DNA of 62,781 bases, the filler included, from Globobulimina sp. (taxonomy: Eukaryota), in assembly GCA_003354225.1 (NCBI GenBank). It is 31 parts of 31 records of this genome, joined end to end, with 100 filler letters (N's around TTAATTAATTAA, not from the genome) between each part and the next. Parts side by side here need not be neighbours in the genome. Positions count along the whole stretch, not along the records: positions 30,438 to 32,366 come from PIVH01010496.1; positions 32,467 to 34,394 come from PIVH01010497.1; positions 34,495 to 36,422 come from PIVH01010498.1; positions 36,523 to 38,450 come from PIVH01010499.1; positions 38,551 to 40,478 come from PIVH01010500.1; positions 40,579 to 42,506 come from PIVH01010501.1; 25 more parts are not named here. One strand, written 5' to 3'. The translations under genes and the position numbers were made by a program. Shown one piece after another: positions 30,644 through 42,606 of this stretch. Every line of letters starts with the position of its first letter. Position 1 is the stretch's first letter. The notes below the pieces were generated by a model that saw nothing but the letters and a program-made list of their open reading frames with translations, had not been told where the DNA came from and made no database searches.

Positions 30644-32366
30644 ATGAGACATAGAACAAACCAGTCAATAAGAATGCCACTAACAAATCAAAAAAATCCG
30701 AATACACATCATTCTCAAAGTGATAAATGCCTCAAAAGAAATAACATTACCACGCAAACTATATTTACCGTATTTTTATTTTTGCTTATCATTATTATGT
30801 TGTGTTATTTTATATTTATTGATAACAAAGAGCCCAATTCAACCGACAAAAACACAAACAATATTACTGAAATTCCACGAAGTGCAGAAGATGACGCATT
30901 TAAAATAAAATATTTTGATGAAAAACAAATTGAAAATCGAATTATTACCAATATTTTATTGGATAAACCAATTTATAGACCATCTGAAATATTATACTTG
31001 ACAGCCTTTTTATTCAATGGTGTATCTATGATGCCGTATAGCAAAGATAAATGGGAAGATATCCAACTGCAAATCATAGACGCTACAGATATTGTAATGG
31101 TCGATCAACGCAGAAGTGTTGATGTAAAAAATTCAATCATGGCGTTGCAATATCAAATCCCTTCGCATTTAAAAGGTGGTGAATACAAAATTAAAATCAA
31201 GTATAACCGATATAAATCGAGCGGTGTCCGTAAATTTCAAATTTTAAATTCAAACAACAAAATGAATCCAAAAATAAGAAAACAAGTTGAATTTTTAAAA
31301 ACAGCTTATTCGGCTGGCGAGCAATGCGAATTTAAAATATTATGCACTGACTGCAGCAGTAATATCTTAATTACATCAATTATTGCTAAAGTTGATGATG
31401 TAGTTATTTATAAATTAGATGTGTCAGCATTAACGTTATCTTATGATGTGGATAAAAATGATGACAATATTCAATCAGTATCGGTTAGATTTAAAATGCC
31501 AGACATTATTGATGCAGGTAATGGTAATATAGCAGTGACGTACCAGCAAGATTCAATTATTGAGACGTTAACCAAGACCATTCCCATTGCACTCAATTAT
31601 TTGAATATTTATGCATATCCAGAATCTATAAAGTAAAACTATTGTCGGTGCCTATATTGTCGGTGCCTATAAAGTAAAACTATTTAAAAGAGAATTGTTG
31701 ATATCCACCATTAATATTGATGTCGATGACATTAATAAAGGATATAACACTGCCTTCAATATGAAAGATTTAGCATATAATCATATTGGTATATTAAGAA
31801 TGACAGTTTTTATCAATATTGGTAATGATATCGCCATTGCAGAAAGGTTAATATTCCGACATTCGAATTCTTTCATTCAGTTTGAAATGGATATTGAAGT
31901 TATATCGGACAGTGACAATATAGAAAGTATGCAAGTAAACAAACCTTCAAACAATAAAAATGAAATAATTGCGTCTCCATCGGATGGTATTCAAGTGAGT
32001 ATTTATTCGTATTTGGTGGACTCAAATGATTTTAATAAAAAAGCAATTAGTGTCAAAGGGAATGTTTTTGTGAGTGATGATTCCTTGTCCTCCATTATTG
32101 ACAATAGATTGTTACCGCCAAGATTACCATCATTAGTTTTATTTGAATCGGAAGTGGATCATTTAGAGGATGCTAATGTTTACTTACCCTATGCCTCTGC
32201 ATCAGATTCAAATGCGGATACAATGAAACAGGCCAATATTTATATTGATTTGTTGTTAGGTACTCAAGGATGGAGAAAATTTGCATATAAACATGTTGCT
32301 GAAACTTTTGAAACATATTCCGGTGATGATTTAGAAAAACGGGAACGATTATTTGCAGTCAAACAA
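30644..32366 (+). CDS. Membrane-anchored alpha-2-macroglobulin-like (MG2-domain) protein, interrupted at 31626-31690, 3' partial
   Basis: N-terminal TM, MG2 motif LLDKPIYRPSE, then AERLIFR and DLLLGTQGWRKF. The frame break coincides with short duplications. Confidence 0.7.
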
Positions 32367-32695
32367 NNNNNNNNNNNNNNNNNNNNNNNNNNNNNNNNNN
32401 NNNNNNNNNNTTAATTAATTAANNNNNNNNNNNNNNNNNNNNNNNNNNNNNNNNNNNNNNNNNNNNTTCCTGAATAATGAATGTAATGAATGGTTCATTG
32501 TTTTTTGAGGATTTGATGATAATAATTTTGAACTGTTGTGAATTTGAGTATTAATGATTGCAAAATCACTTGTTTTTGAGTCAGCGTCGTTCATTATGTA
32601 TACTCGCCTCAGAAACAAATGTTACCAAAGAGATGTGAGTGACATTATCACTGCAAAAGTTTTGTCGAGATTGTACTGTCTATTAAAGTTTCAAC

Positions 32696-33439
32696 ATGTC
32701 ACAAAAAAAGCTTATTGTTAATAAGTTAGAAAATAATTTAAAATTCGGACCACCATCAGGTAAAGTGGCAAAATACAGAAAAACACCAGTTTATACAAGT
32801 ATTGATCATCCAATTTATGTGGATTGGTTAGCCGCCAAATACAATGCGAAAGAGAATAAAATACAGATTAATATGCGGGATGTCGAAGAGAAGAAAGTGG
32901 ATAATATTAATGATAAACATGGTGATATATTTAGTATAGATTTTAAATTAGGAATGACAATATGTCCAGGTAAACATCAAGATTTTGCAGCATCTGGATG
33001 TCAGTGGAAAAGAGATTTAATAATTGATTTGAAACAATTGAAAGAAAAGTTCGCTACGGATGTTATTGTTTCACTATTAAGCGAGAATGATTTGAAAAGA
33101 TTGAAAGTTGAAAATTTAATTCAACAAATTGAGAAACATAAAATGAAAAGTTATTGGTATAACATTCCAGATTCAGCAGTGCCAAAAGATATAGATTTAT
33201 GGAAAAAGATGGTGATTGATGTAGCCAATGAGTTAACAGTCAATAAACAAAATGTGGTGGTTCATTGCATGGGAGGATTGAATCGAACTGCACTGTTTAT
33301 TTTAAGTATATTGAAATATCTACAAATAATTGATGATAATACGGTTGATATTGGTGTCAATTGGTTTAGAAAATCACGTAAAGGCGGTGGTGGTAATGGA
33401 CCACAAATACTGTTCGTCAAAAAATTAAAATTTGAATAG
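32696..33439 (+). CDS. CDKN3-like dual-specificity protein phosphatase
   Basis: P-loop VVVHCMGGLNRT, IPD acid loop and N-terminal LGMTICPGK...WKRDL..DL. Confidence 0.85.
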   Translation: MSQKKLIVNKLENNLKFGPPSGKVAKYRKTPVYTSIDHPIYVDWLAAKYNAKENKIQINMRDVEEKKVDNINDKHGDIFSIDFKLGMTICPGKHQDFAASGCQWKRDLIIDLKQLKEKFATDVIVSLLSENDLKRLKVENLIQQIEKHKMKSYWYNIPDSAVPKDIDLWKKMVIDVANELTVNKQNVVVHCMGGLNRTALFILSILKYLQIIDDNTVDIGVNWFRKSRKGGGGNGPQILFVKKLKFE

Positions 33440-33643
33440 TTTTGCAAGATAAATTTTGAACAATAAATCCGAATATAAGTTTGATTATTGCTCTTTTATC
33501 GAACCAGCCTCGAAATCTCATAACGTTTTTGGGCATATTCAAGTTGTGTTGTATAAAAATTAAAACGAACAACTCCTAAACGCAAACGATTTATGTACGC
33601 TGTTGTACTGCGCAATTAAAGTGTATAAATGTTAGAGTAAATG

Positions 33644-34394
33644 TTAGGTGCATTTCCTATGAACTATAGAAGGACCATTCTCATCATATTGATCAGACGT
33701 TATCCACATATCATCGAATGTCGACAATGAACCTAAAATAGAGCCACCGATCCAAACAGAATATTTCCTCTCAGGCGGTGCAATTACTTTGATTGCCATT
33801 GCGGGTGGCACTAATTTTACCATTTCATTCTCCAACCTTTCAGCAAAACCATTAAACATTGATGTTCCGCCACTTACAACAATATTCTTACATAATTCTT
33901 CCTGTATTTCTGCATCACATTTCATTACCGAATTAAATATTAAATGATGAATGCCTGGGTCAATGCCATGGCCATCAACAATATCCTTTGCAAATAAACT
34001 TGGTTTAAATAATATTTCAGGTGCTTTAAATCTACATATCCCGACAGTTATAATCTGTCCATCTGGCAACTCATATTCTTCCTCAATATCCGAGCATTTA
34101 TTCGCAAATTTTATACACTCATTCTCATAATTCCCAGCAATATATCCTAACTTCTCTTTAATATCGCGAACAATTTCTCTTTCAGCTGTGGTTGTGAATG
34201 AATATCCCTTCTCACCTAACAATTTCATAAAATACTGCGTTATATGATAACCGCCCAAATCTAATTTTATTACCGCATTATCGAGTGCATATCCTTCGAA
34301 AATGGGTACAATAAAACATGTTTCCCAGCCACAATCTAATATAATTCCTGTGGTCCGCCCCGATGCATACATGGACAAAGTACACTGATTCGCA
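33644..34394 (-). CDS. Divergent actin paralogue, 5' partial
   Basis: [55 protein letters not shown] and GPSIVHRKC. Confidence 0.93.
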
Positions 34395-34494
34395 NNNNNN
34401 NNNNNNNNNNNNNNNNNNNNNNNNNNNNNNNNNNNNNNTTAATTAATTAANNNNNNNNNNNNNNNNNNNNNNNNNNNNNNNNNNNNNNNNNNNN

Positions 34495-35801
34495 AACTCG
34501 GAGAAGAAGACCGCCATTGTTTTTTTGTAGGTACTTATACACCTCAGCCAGAAAATGAATTGCATTTAATTGAGTTCATAGAAGAAACCAACGAGATTGT
34601 TACACGAAATATATTCAACCACCCGAATGAAATATATTCCATCTCAGCATGTCCTACCAATCCATCACTGTTATTCACTACACATCGTGGTGGATTTATG
34701 GACAACATCCTCAAAAATACACCCACAAAAACACCTCAATCAGAAAAAAATGATCCAGACAACAAAGCAGAACCAGTCGACAACAAAGTTGATGAAAAAG
34801 CACAGCCACCGCCACAGCAACACGTAACAGACAATCCATACTTATACAAAGCCACATTATGGCGCTTAATGGGCGAGGATTCCTCGGATAACTTAGACAA
34901 TGATTTAAACGAACAACTGAACGAAGATGGATATAATGTTTAGTTTATATTAATTTTATTTATGTGTAAGGATCCATATTAGATATAATTGTGATGTGTG
35001 TGACAGATAAATTCATCCAATTCAAAGAATTTAAAGTTGCAGGAAATGTTCACATTGCCCAATCAAAGCGTAGTATCCAATATAAACCAACAAATCTCAA
35101 CGCATACCGTATTGTGGGACAGTTTGGGCGTAGGTTCCCATATAATGTCGTTGGCGGATAATTGCATACAATTTTGGCGGTTTGGCGATAAGTACAGCAG
35201 CATTGTGGAGGATAAATGTATTTATGATGCGGACAGATTGGAGGGCCTAACCTCAGGTTGCTGGGACTTGCATTATCCGAATAGATTTATATCGGTGAAT
35301 AATAAGACCATTCGAGTGTGGCAGGCCAAAGATTTAAAAGAGATTCAGACCATTGAAGATGCGCATAAATCATGTATTTTGTCGGTGGATCATAACCCAA
35401 ATAAGCCGTATCATATTGTCACATCATCACAGGATCGGACCATCAAATTTTGGGATTTGCGGAATAGCAAACAACCACTGAAGATATTGTCGAATCATTC
35501 GCATTGGATTTGGTGTGTGAAATACAATCGGTATCACGACCAATTAATAATTTCTTCTGGCTCGGACTCCAATGTGTCACTTTGGAATATTGTGAGTGTG
35601 TCCTCTGCGCCGCTCGGTGAGTTAGAAGACAATTCCAAGGAAGAAGATAAGTTAATAAAAACATATAAGGAACACGAAGAGTCAGTGTATTGGAGCTCGT
35701 GGTCGGCAAATAATGCCTGGGTTTTTGCGAGTTTGTCCTATGACGGAAGGGTTGTTATTAACCACGTCCCTGCGGCGACAAAATATAAAATATTGCTATA
35801 A
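34495..35801 (+). CDS. EIPR1: EARP/GARP-interacting WD40 protein (TSSC1/EIPR1, plant DWA2), 5' partial
   Basis: FFVGT...ENELHLIEF, HSHWIWCVKYN.YHDQLIISSGSDS.V and EHEESVY..WS..NAWVFASLSYDGRVVINHVP..KYKILL. In-frame intron 34938-35006. Confidence 0.88.
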
Positions 35802-36522
35802 ATTAATTATAAACCTTGTCCTTCATTGTTTTTCTCGCTGTTGATAGATACCTACAACTTTCCTCATGTCGGCAACGCCACATTAGTAGATAGCATTTGT
35901 TTGTTCGCGGATGAAATAGCCACACTATCAAAACTTGGGTCTGGTGATGTGTTTAATTATACTTTACTTGAAAGGTTTTCACAGAAGAAATCAATTAAAG
36001 ATTTCACCTAATACACAAGCAAGAAACACGAATAAATAGTATAAACAAACAAGAATACAGGCCCTTTTATTTTGGGGCGAAAAACCAATGAACAAAGGTA
36101 AATAAAAATATTGATTTCTTAGTGTTTTGAAGCTCTTATAACTAGGTGGTGTGTGGTGATTTTGTGCTGTAATTTTTTGTATAAACTGTTCGGCAGCGGC
36201 ATCGTCATCAAGGTTTGCAAAATATTTGATGTGCGAAATAAACGACGGTAAATATAAATCCAATGAGAACAATATTGAATTCGCCGCGATTGCGGATAAA
36301 ATGATGCATCTCTTTTCATCGGTGTTGCCGTTGTGGTTGTGCTTTTCGCGTTGTTCCATTTCCTTTTGTTCTAACTCGAGTGCAAGGAAGAAATTGCTGT
36401 AATTGGTTTCCATGGCAGTTTTNNNNNNNNNNNNNNNNNNNNNNNNNNNNNNNNNNNNNNNNNNNNTTAATTAATTAANNNNNNNNNNNNNNNNNNNNNN
36501 NNNNNNNNNNNNNNNNNNNNNN

Positions 36523-36999
36523 ATACGTATTATACAAAAGTGACTCATACATTGTGTATCGAACGAGTATCCAAATAATAATCGTTATGATAAGCACTAT
36601 TTTAGTGATGGAGGAGTGAAGAATTTTATGTATTGTTTTGGATTTATTTGTAAAAAGTGTATTCAAATAAGTGTTGTTGACATCCATTTTATAGTCGAAG
36701 ATCGGTTGATATGTTTCTCGCAAATCTTTTGTAAATGCCGATGTATCGATATCTTCCACCGCTAAGATGTTGTGCAGTTTGTTTAATTGTGTATCATTCA
36801 AATATATATCCTTGTGAATTAGATAGGTTTTTAAGATATTATCGATGCCACCAATTGCAGCTATGATATCCAATTGTTTTCGTTTATGGTTTCGGCCATG
36901 TTTCAATTGTTTTTCATGCATTTCGTGCAATGTTTCTTTGTTAACAATTTTCTTCATTTCATGTAGCATCTCTTCCTCCTTTACATCATTCCCACTCAT
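36523..36999 (-). CDS. Hypothetical membrane protein, 3' partial
   Basis: Open from the ATG to the contig edge, with a TM segment near the end. Confidence 0.5.
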
Positions 37000-37104
37000 T
37001 TTCGTGCTTTAAAATAACAGCTTTGACCGAGATAATGGTATTTGTTAAGTTTTCCTGTCGGATTGTTTTTTTACTCACTGAATCACTACAACTTTCGACA
37101 CATT

Positions 37105-38450
37105 ATGCCGCCAAAACGATCCACAAAAAAACACAATGAACATAAATCTAAATCCACTCCATCTAAATCACCGCAAGCGATAAGTCCACTAAAACACAGG
37201 TCTAATTTCTACTGTTTTTCGTGTTATTGTTAACAAATTGTATACCACACATACACATTAACAGAGCAAACGGATCCAAAATCGACTACATTGTGAATGC
37301 CCGCGATGTAATGTCATTAAAATTTGTGCGAACTGCTTCCGATTTGGACAGTTTGGATGGCTTTTTTTCTCCAGTTTACGTGCATCAGTTATTCACCAAC
37401 GAGAAGATAATCGGTTACAAAGATTTGCAAATCCGCGTCTTTTTCAGTCAACCCGCACTTCACTGTTATATTGAGATTGAATACAAAGAAAAGCTAAAAC
37501 ACGACGACACCACCGATATTGTGAAAGAATTTCGCAAATGGATTAAAGCCGGATTCACACAAAACAAACAGCAATTTGTTAAAGTTCAGTGCAAGGATTA
37601 AATAAACGAATAAATATGAAACAAATAAAATAAAAAATAAAATAGAAACTAGATGAAGAGTTTACACCTTTTGGGGAGTTACACTGCCAATTTATCAAAG
37701 GAGATATTGACAATAATTCAGAAGATAACGATGTTGGCCTTGACCTTGATGTGGATAATAGATATGATTTAAGTTTAGGCGCAGCTGAAAAAACTGGCAA
37801 ATCTGAATCAAAATATTACAAATATGTAAGGAATAGGAACAATAAACGAAAATCAATAGACGATGGGAGTGATTATTCTCAATCTGGCAATGATGGCGAC
37901 GAGGATAATGAGAGCAGTGTTGAATTAGTTGAAAGTGCACAAACAGGTTTGTAAATATATGTAATATCTATCCATTTTAAGTAAAAATTGAATAAAAATT
38001 CAAGAAATATCTCCGAGGAATGCGAGATTATTACGACGTAAGCGCAGAATCAGTGAATTAAATAATTCTAAAGAAGAAGAAGAAGATGGTGACAGCGACA
38101 GTGACAGTGCCGCTTTGTATCGACAACCACGGAAAAGACGCAAATTGAATGAAAGAACATCATCATCAGAGAGCGAGAGCGATTTAGAAGATCAGAAAAA
38201 AGATTGTATCCAAGGCAATGACTGCGATATTTCAAATACAAAGAAATCTATATTAAATAGCAAATTTTCGTATGATAATGACGGGGAAATACACGAAATC
38301 CGTGTTGGCTCATTTTGTGATGGCGGGATGAGAGCCTTTCATCTGCGATTGCAGTTTTTTGTGTTGTTATACATTGAATCTTCGAGTTTTTTGGATGTGA
38401 ATGATTTTATATGGGAAGTGATGGTTATTTATCGTCGCTATGAAGGCTAT
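37105..38450 (+). CDS. HAT1: Histone acetyltransferase type B catalytic subunit, multi-exon, 3' partial
   Basis: Hat1_N motif FSPVYVHQLF.NEKIIGYKDLQI, then FTPFGE and FHLRLQFFVLLYIESSSFLD..D..W. Intron 37200-37264 is in frame, with two more at about 37584-37645 and about 37948-38003. Confidence 0.88.
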
Positions 38451-38550
38451 NNNNNNNNNNNNNNNNNNNNNNNNNNNNNNNNNNNNNNNNNNNNTTAATT
38501 AATTAANNNNNNNNNNNNNNNNNNNNNNNNNNNNNNNNNNNNNNNNNNNN

Positions 38551-39194
38551 GATGTGGTTGGGTTGTTTGTTGGTGAAGGTGTGGGCGATGAAGTGGTTAA
38601 GGTTGGAAACGTTGATGGTTTTTTAGTTGGATTATGTGTTGGATTACGGGTTGGAAATGATGTTGGCGATGGGGTTGGAGGTGAAGTTGGTGATGGCGTT
38701 GGAGAAGGGGTTGGAGACGGTGTTGGTGATGGTGTTGGAGAAGGCGTCGGAGATGGTGTAGGCGATGGCGTTGGTGATGGAGTTGGAGACGGTGTTGGGG
38801 ATGGAGTGGGGAGTGGAGCGGATATACTCTGCAGGCACTTGGTATAGGCTCTGTTGGCACAGTTTGTGTCCCATGCAGTGAGGCAACAATATGAATCTAC
38901 ATTACATACTTGAGATTGACAAGTTGTGTCAACGCTGCAGCCGGTGGTTGTTTTGGCGACTGTGCACTCACAACATGTACATCGGATTCTGGCTCTATCG
39001 GCACATGTCTGATCCCAAGCAGTGGTGCAGCAGTATGAATCGGCTCCGCAGACGTTTGATTGACATGTACCATCAGTGCTGCAGCCTGTGGAAGATTTGG
39101 CTGTTCTACAGCTGCAACATTCTGAAGTGGTGGTGTGTATGTAATACGTTGAAATTAGTATGGTTGATAAAATGGTAGTGATAAGTAGTGACAT
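38551..39194 (-). CDS. Secreted protein with two Cys-rich repeats and a PTPS mucin-like stalk, 3' partial
   Basis: Signal peptide, two copies of CC.C...GCS.D.TCQS.VC..DSYCC.TAWD..CA.RA...C, and a (PSPT)n tract. Confidence 0.85.
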
Positions 39195-39237
39195 GATCTT
39201 TTAACGTTTTCAGTGAGGCATCTGCAGTGAGTAGATA

Positions 39238-40449
39238 ATGACGAATCTGAAACCAATGAAATTGGAGAACCCAATACAGGAAACTGAGGAAAGAATATCA
39301 TATAAAACATGCAAGCATAATGAACTGATATTTAAGTCTTGTTATAAATATGTTGATTTTATTACAAATATTATGATAAAAGAGATAAATAATATTAATG
39401 ATTATAAATATATTACACATCTAGATATCAATCATATTGAGTTTATGTGGTGTCAACAATGCATTTCTGTATTTTTGAGTCATTCAATGTTTATTAATCG
39501 ATTCAATAAATATATAAAAATGGTGTTAATATTCATTCAAAAAGGCAGTGAAGTGTTTTATGAAAATATACATGGATTTCAAGTGTTTGTTGGAATATTA
39601 ATTTCATTCTTAAACTATCCAAAAATTTTAAAATTAATATTCAAAAAATATTGGAAAGTATTTTTTGAAATTTTTTATTTTTTATTAAAATTGATTGATA
39701 AAAGTGGAACAAAATTATTTGGCGATATAAATGCAACAAAACCTGAATTGAAATCTATAACTTGTGATATGCATATTGTTCAAATGTTTGCTGAAGGTCT
39801 ATGTATGGTGATTAATGACATGATTTTGTATTTCACTCCAAAACAATGGAAATTTGTTTTTGTGGAATATCAGTTGTTGTACTTCCTGTGTAATGTTGCG
39901 TATTTTAAATATATATATATACAATGTTTGTATCCTAATTTAGATGAATCGCATGTATTAGATTGGGACGGAAAAATAGTGGATAGATGTGTTTATATGG
40001 AGTTGTTTTATATTGCTTCTGGATGCAAATTTTTTTTTGAGAATGATCGTTATTGTGATCCTCTACGGGTATTCATGGAAAGCGGTGGATTCGTTATGCA
40101 TATTGAACCAGAATCGAGTCAGTTGTATACTTTGTTAAATAATACATTTTTGAGTACAAGCATGCAATTGAAAACCCATCATAAATTTAAAAGAGATTGG
40201 TTTAATGCACATAAACACATTAACCAATTGCAGGAATGCCATTGCCCAAAATGTACTAAAATCCAGGTGTTTGAAAAGAATATTCCTTTCAAGAAATGTG
40301 CAAATTGTCGTGTAGTGGTTTATTGCAGTAAGAAATGTCAAAAATATGATTGGGCGCGAGGTGGACATCGATCACAATGTAATAAACTGAAAGATTTCAG
40401 ATTAAAAGCATGTGTTCATTTAACTTTTAAGAAGAAGTTCAATCAATGA
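39238..40449 (+). CDS. MYND zinc-finger protein
   Basis: C-terminal CHCPKC...KKCANCRVVVYCSKKCQKYDW...HRSQC. Confidence 0.85.
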   Translation: MTNLKPMKLENPIQETEERISYKTCKHNELIFKSCYKYVDFITNIMIKEINNINDYKYITHLDINHIEFMWCQQCISVFLSHSMFINRFNKYIKMVLIFIQKGSEVFYENIHGFQVFVGILISFLNYPKILKLIFKKYWKVFFEIFYFLLKLIDKSGTKLFGDINATKPELKSITCDMHIVQMFAEGLCMVINDMILYFTPKQWKFVFVEYQLLYFLCNVAYFKYIYIQCLYPNLDESHVLDWDGKIVDRCVYMELFYIASGCKFFFENDRYCDPLRVFMESGGFVMHIEPESSQLYTLLNNTFLSTSMQLKTHHKFKRDWFNAHKHINQLQECHCPKCTKIQVFEKNIPFKKCANCRVVVYCSKKCQKYDWARGGHRSQCNKLKDFRLKACVHLTFKKKFNQ

Positions 40450-40610
40450 TTAAAATAATATTTAGTATGCTTTTTCTTNNNNNNNNNNNNNNNNNNNNNN
40501 NNNNNNNNNNNNNNNNNNNNNNTTAATTAATTAANNNNNNNNNNNNNNNNNNNNNNNNNNNNNNNNNNNNNNNNNNNNTTAAAAAAAAACAAAAAAAAAA
40601 AGCACAAATG

Positions 40611-42506
40611 TTATATTGTTTCATCAAATGTATTATTTTGAGGGTTGCCAGTTCTTAACGGCGGCACAGCATTTATAGAAAATTGTGAATTTATATGTTT
40701 GGCAGAATCCTTATGATTCTCATTCAACTCCTTCGTTAGCTCCTCTTTTGATAGACATTTGGGCTTCGCATAGATGCACATTATACACACACAAAATAAC
40801 CAATCAAATAGAAAACAACAACAGATATAACATACATACATTAAGTCCGGGCCACCAATTAACTTCTTTGGCAATGGACAATACAGCGGGAACCAATGAA
40901 GTCCGTATAATAAATGTATCGACCAACACCGCAACAACCATAATAAAGCCAGTCTGGTTTAAAGACGTAATTTGCGACAACAACAAGCCGCAAAAGGCAA
41001 TGCCCATTATAATGCCCGCTGCGGTGATAATGGAACCTGTTTTATACACACCGCGCACAATGGATTCATGCGTAGGCACTCGACCCATGACCCGATACTC
41101 ATAGATTCGCGCAAATAAAAATATGTCATAATCCAAGGCTAAGCCAATTAAAATGGTCACTGTCATCACTGGTATTAACCAGTACAAACCATCGGTATTG
41201 GCAAAGGCTTCGATATTTAACGAGGACAACAGACCGTGTTCGTACACCATCACTGCCAAACCGTACACAAAGGTCATCGGCACTGCGATGGTGATGAATA
41301 AGCGAAATGGCACAAACACGGATTTGAAGACGATTCCCATTAAACAAAACACAAAACCTACAATGCAGCCTAATACAATGGGGAAGGACGAATAAATTTT
41401 CTTGACACTGTCCACTTCGTCGATGCTGCCACCGGTTATATAACAGTCATAGCCGTATTTATCGCAAGCACTGCATAAATGTTTCAAACTGATTGGAAGT
41501 TAACGTTTCAAAATATACAATACCTCGACAACCAGCCACGGAAATCAGACACAAAATCGATGGCATGTTCGTAATACGGGTCAAACACAGTCGTCATTTG
41601 GTAATAAGACGACGAGTTATCATCAGATATCTTATCATCCACTAAATACTGATACGCCTCATCGATTTGCTGACATTTAAGAGTCTCACAGGTAATATTA
41701 TTAAGCCACAGCGCCTCCGTAATCACAGAGCCTTCGGCTATCCCATTGATGCTGTTACTGCCCAGAAAGCCAATCCCTTCGATGGTTAACTCATAGCCGC
41801 CATTATGCGTCGACGTAGACACTTCTTTCCAGACATCCTGTATCAAATAACCAGTCTCATTGATATACGCCGAGTACTTCACCGACGAGATCGGTTCTTG
41901 CGACTCCTTCTTAAATATCAATATGTACCACGGCGCAATGAATCCGGCGCTAAAATCAGTCACCACCGACTTATACGTGCTGTAATAGGACGAATCGCGG
42001 GGAAATATCAAGGTGTCTGCTAATTGCTGCTTAAAACTGGTAAACTGCCATCCAATGGGCGCGATGGCGGCGTATACAACGACGCTGATCAGTATACTCC
42101 AGGGACAAATGGTCGATTTGCTGCCGCAATGATACCAACATTTCTCGCACGGATCGTTCTTATTCACCGCTGCGTATAAATCGCCCTCTTCGTCAGAGTC
42201 AGAGTCAGAGTCCGTATCTGCCACGTTATGGATCACTAGATCCTGGACACCATTCTGTGCGTTGACAAGCAATGGCTCGCTGGCCGATTTCCAACACAAT
42301 GACTGCTTATTTGCATTCACCTCATCGTTACAGCCGCAGCAGAAGCGTTGAAATGGACAGCCGGCCCAACCAAATTGACTGAAGAAGTACGGGAATATCA
42401 GCAACAGCGCCGGCGTCAGGGTCAGATTTACGATTATGGTGCAAATGATGGCTAAGCCCGCGCCCAAACCGACAGATTGTAAAACTTGCATTGGGTAAAA
42501 TATTAA
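40611..42506 (-). CDS. MMPL/RND-family transporter, spliced, 5' partial
   Basis: ILIGLALDYDIFLFARIYE, TGSIITAAGIIM and VLVDTFIIRTSLVPA...NWWPG. Frame changes at about 41523 (GTATTG) and about 40839 (GTATGT) fit short introns. Confidence 0.85.
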
Positions 42507-42606
42507 NNNNNNNNNNNNNNNNNNNNNNNNNNNNNNNNNNNNNNNNNNNNTTAATTAATTAANNNNNNNNNNNNNNNNNNNNNNNNNNNNNNNNNNNNNN
42601 NNNNNN

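Noticed and set aside
38554-38889. VGDG-repeat ORF on the plus strand and alternative-frame His/Gln ORFs (also 43712-44479)
   Set aside because: These are antisense or off-frame shadows of the PT/PS repeat coding regions.
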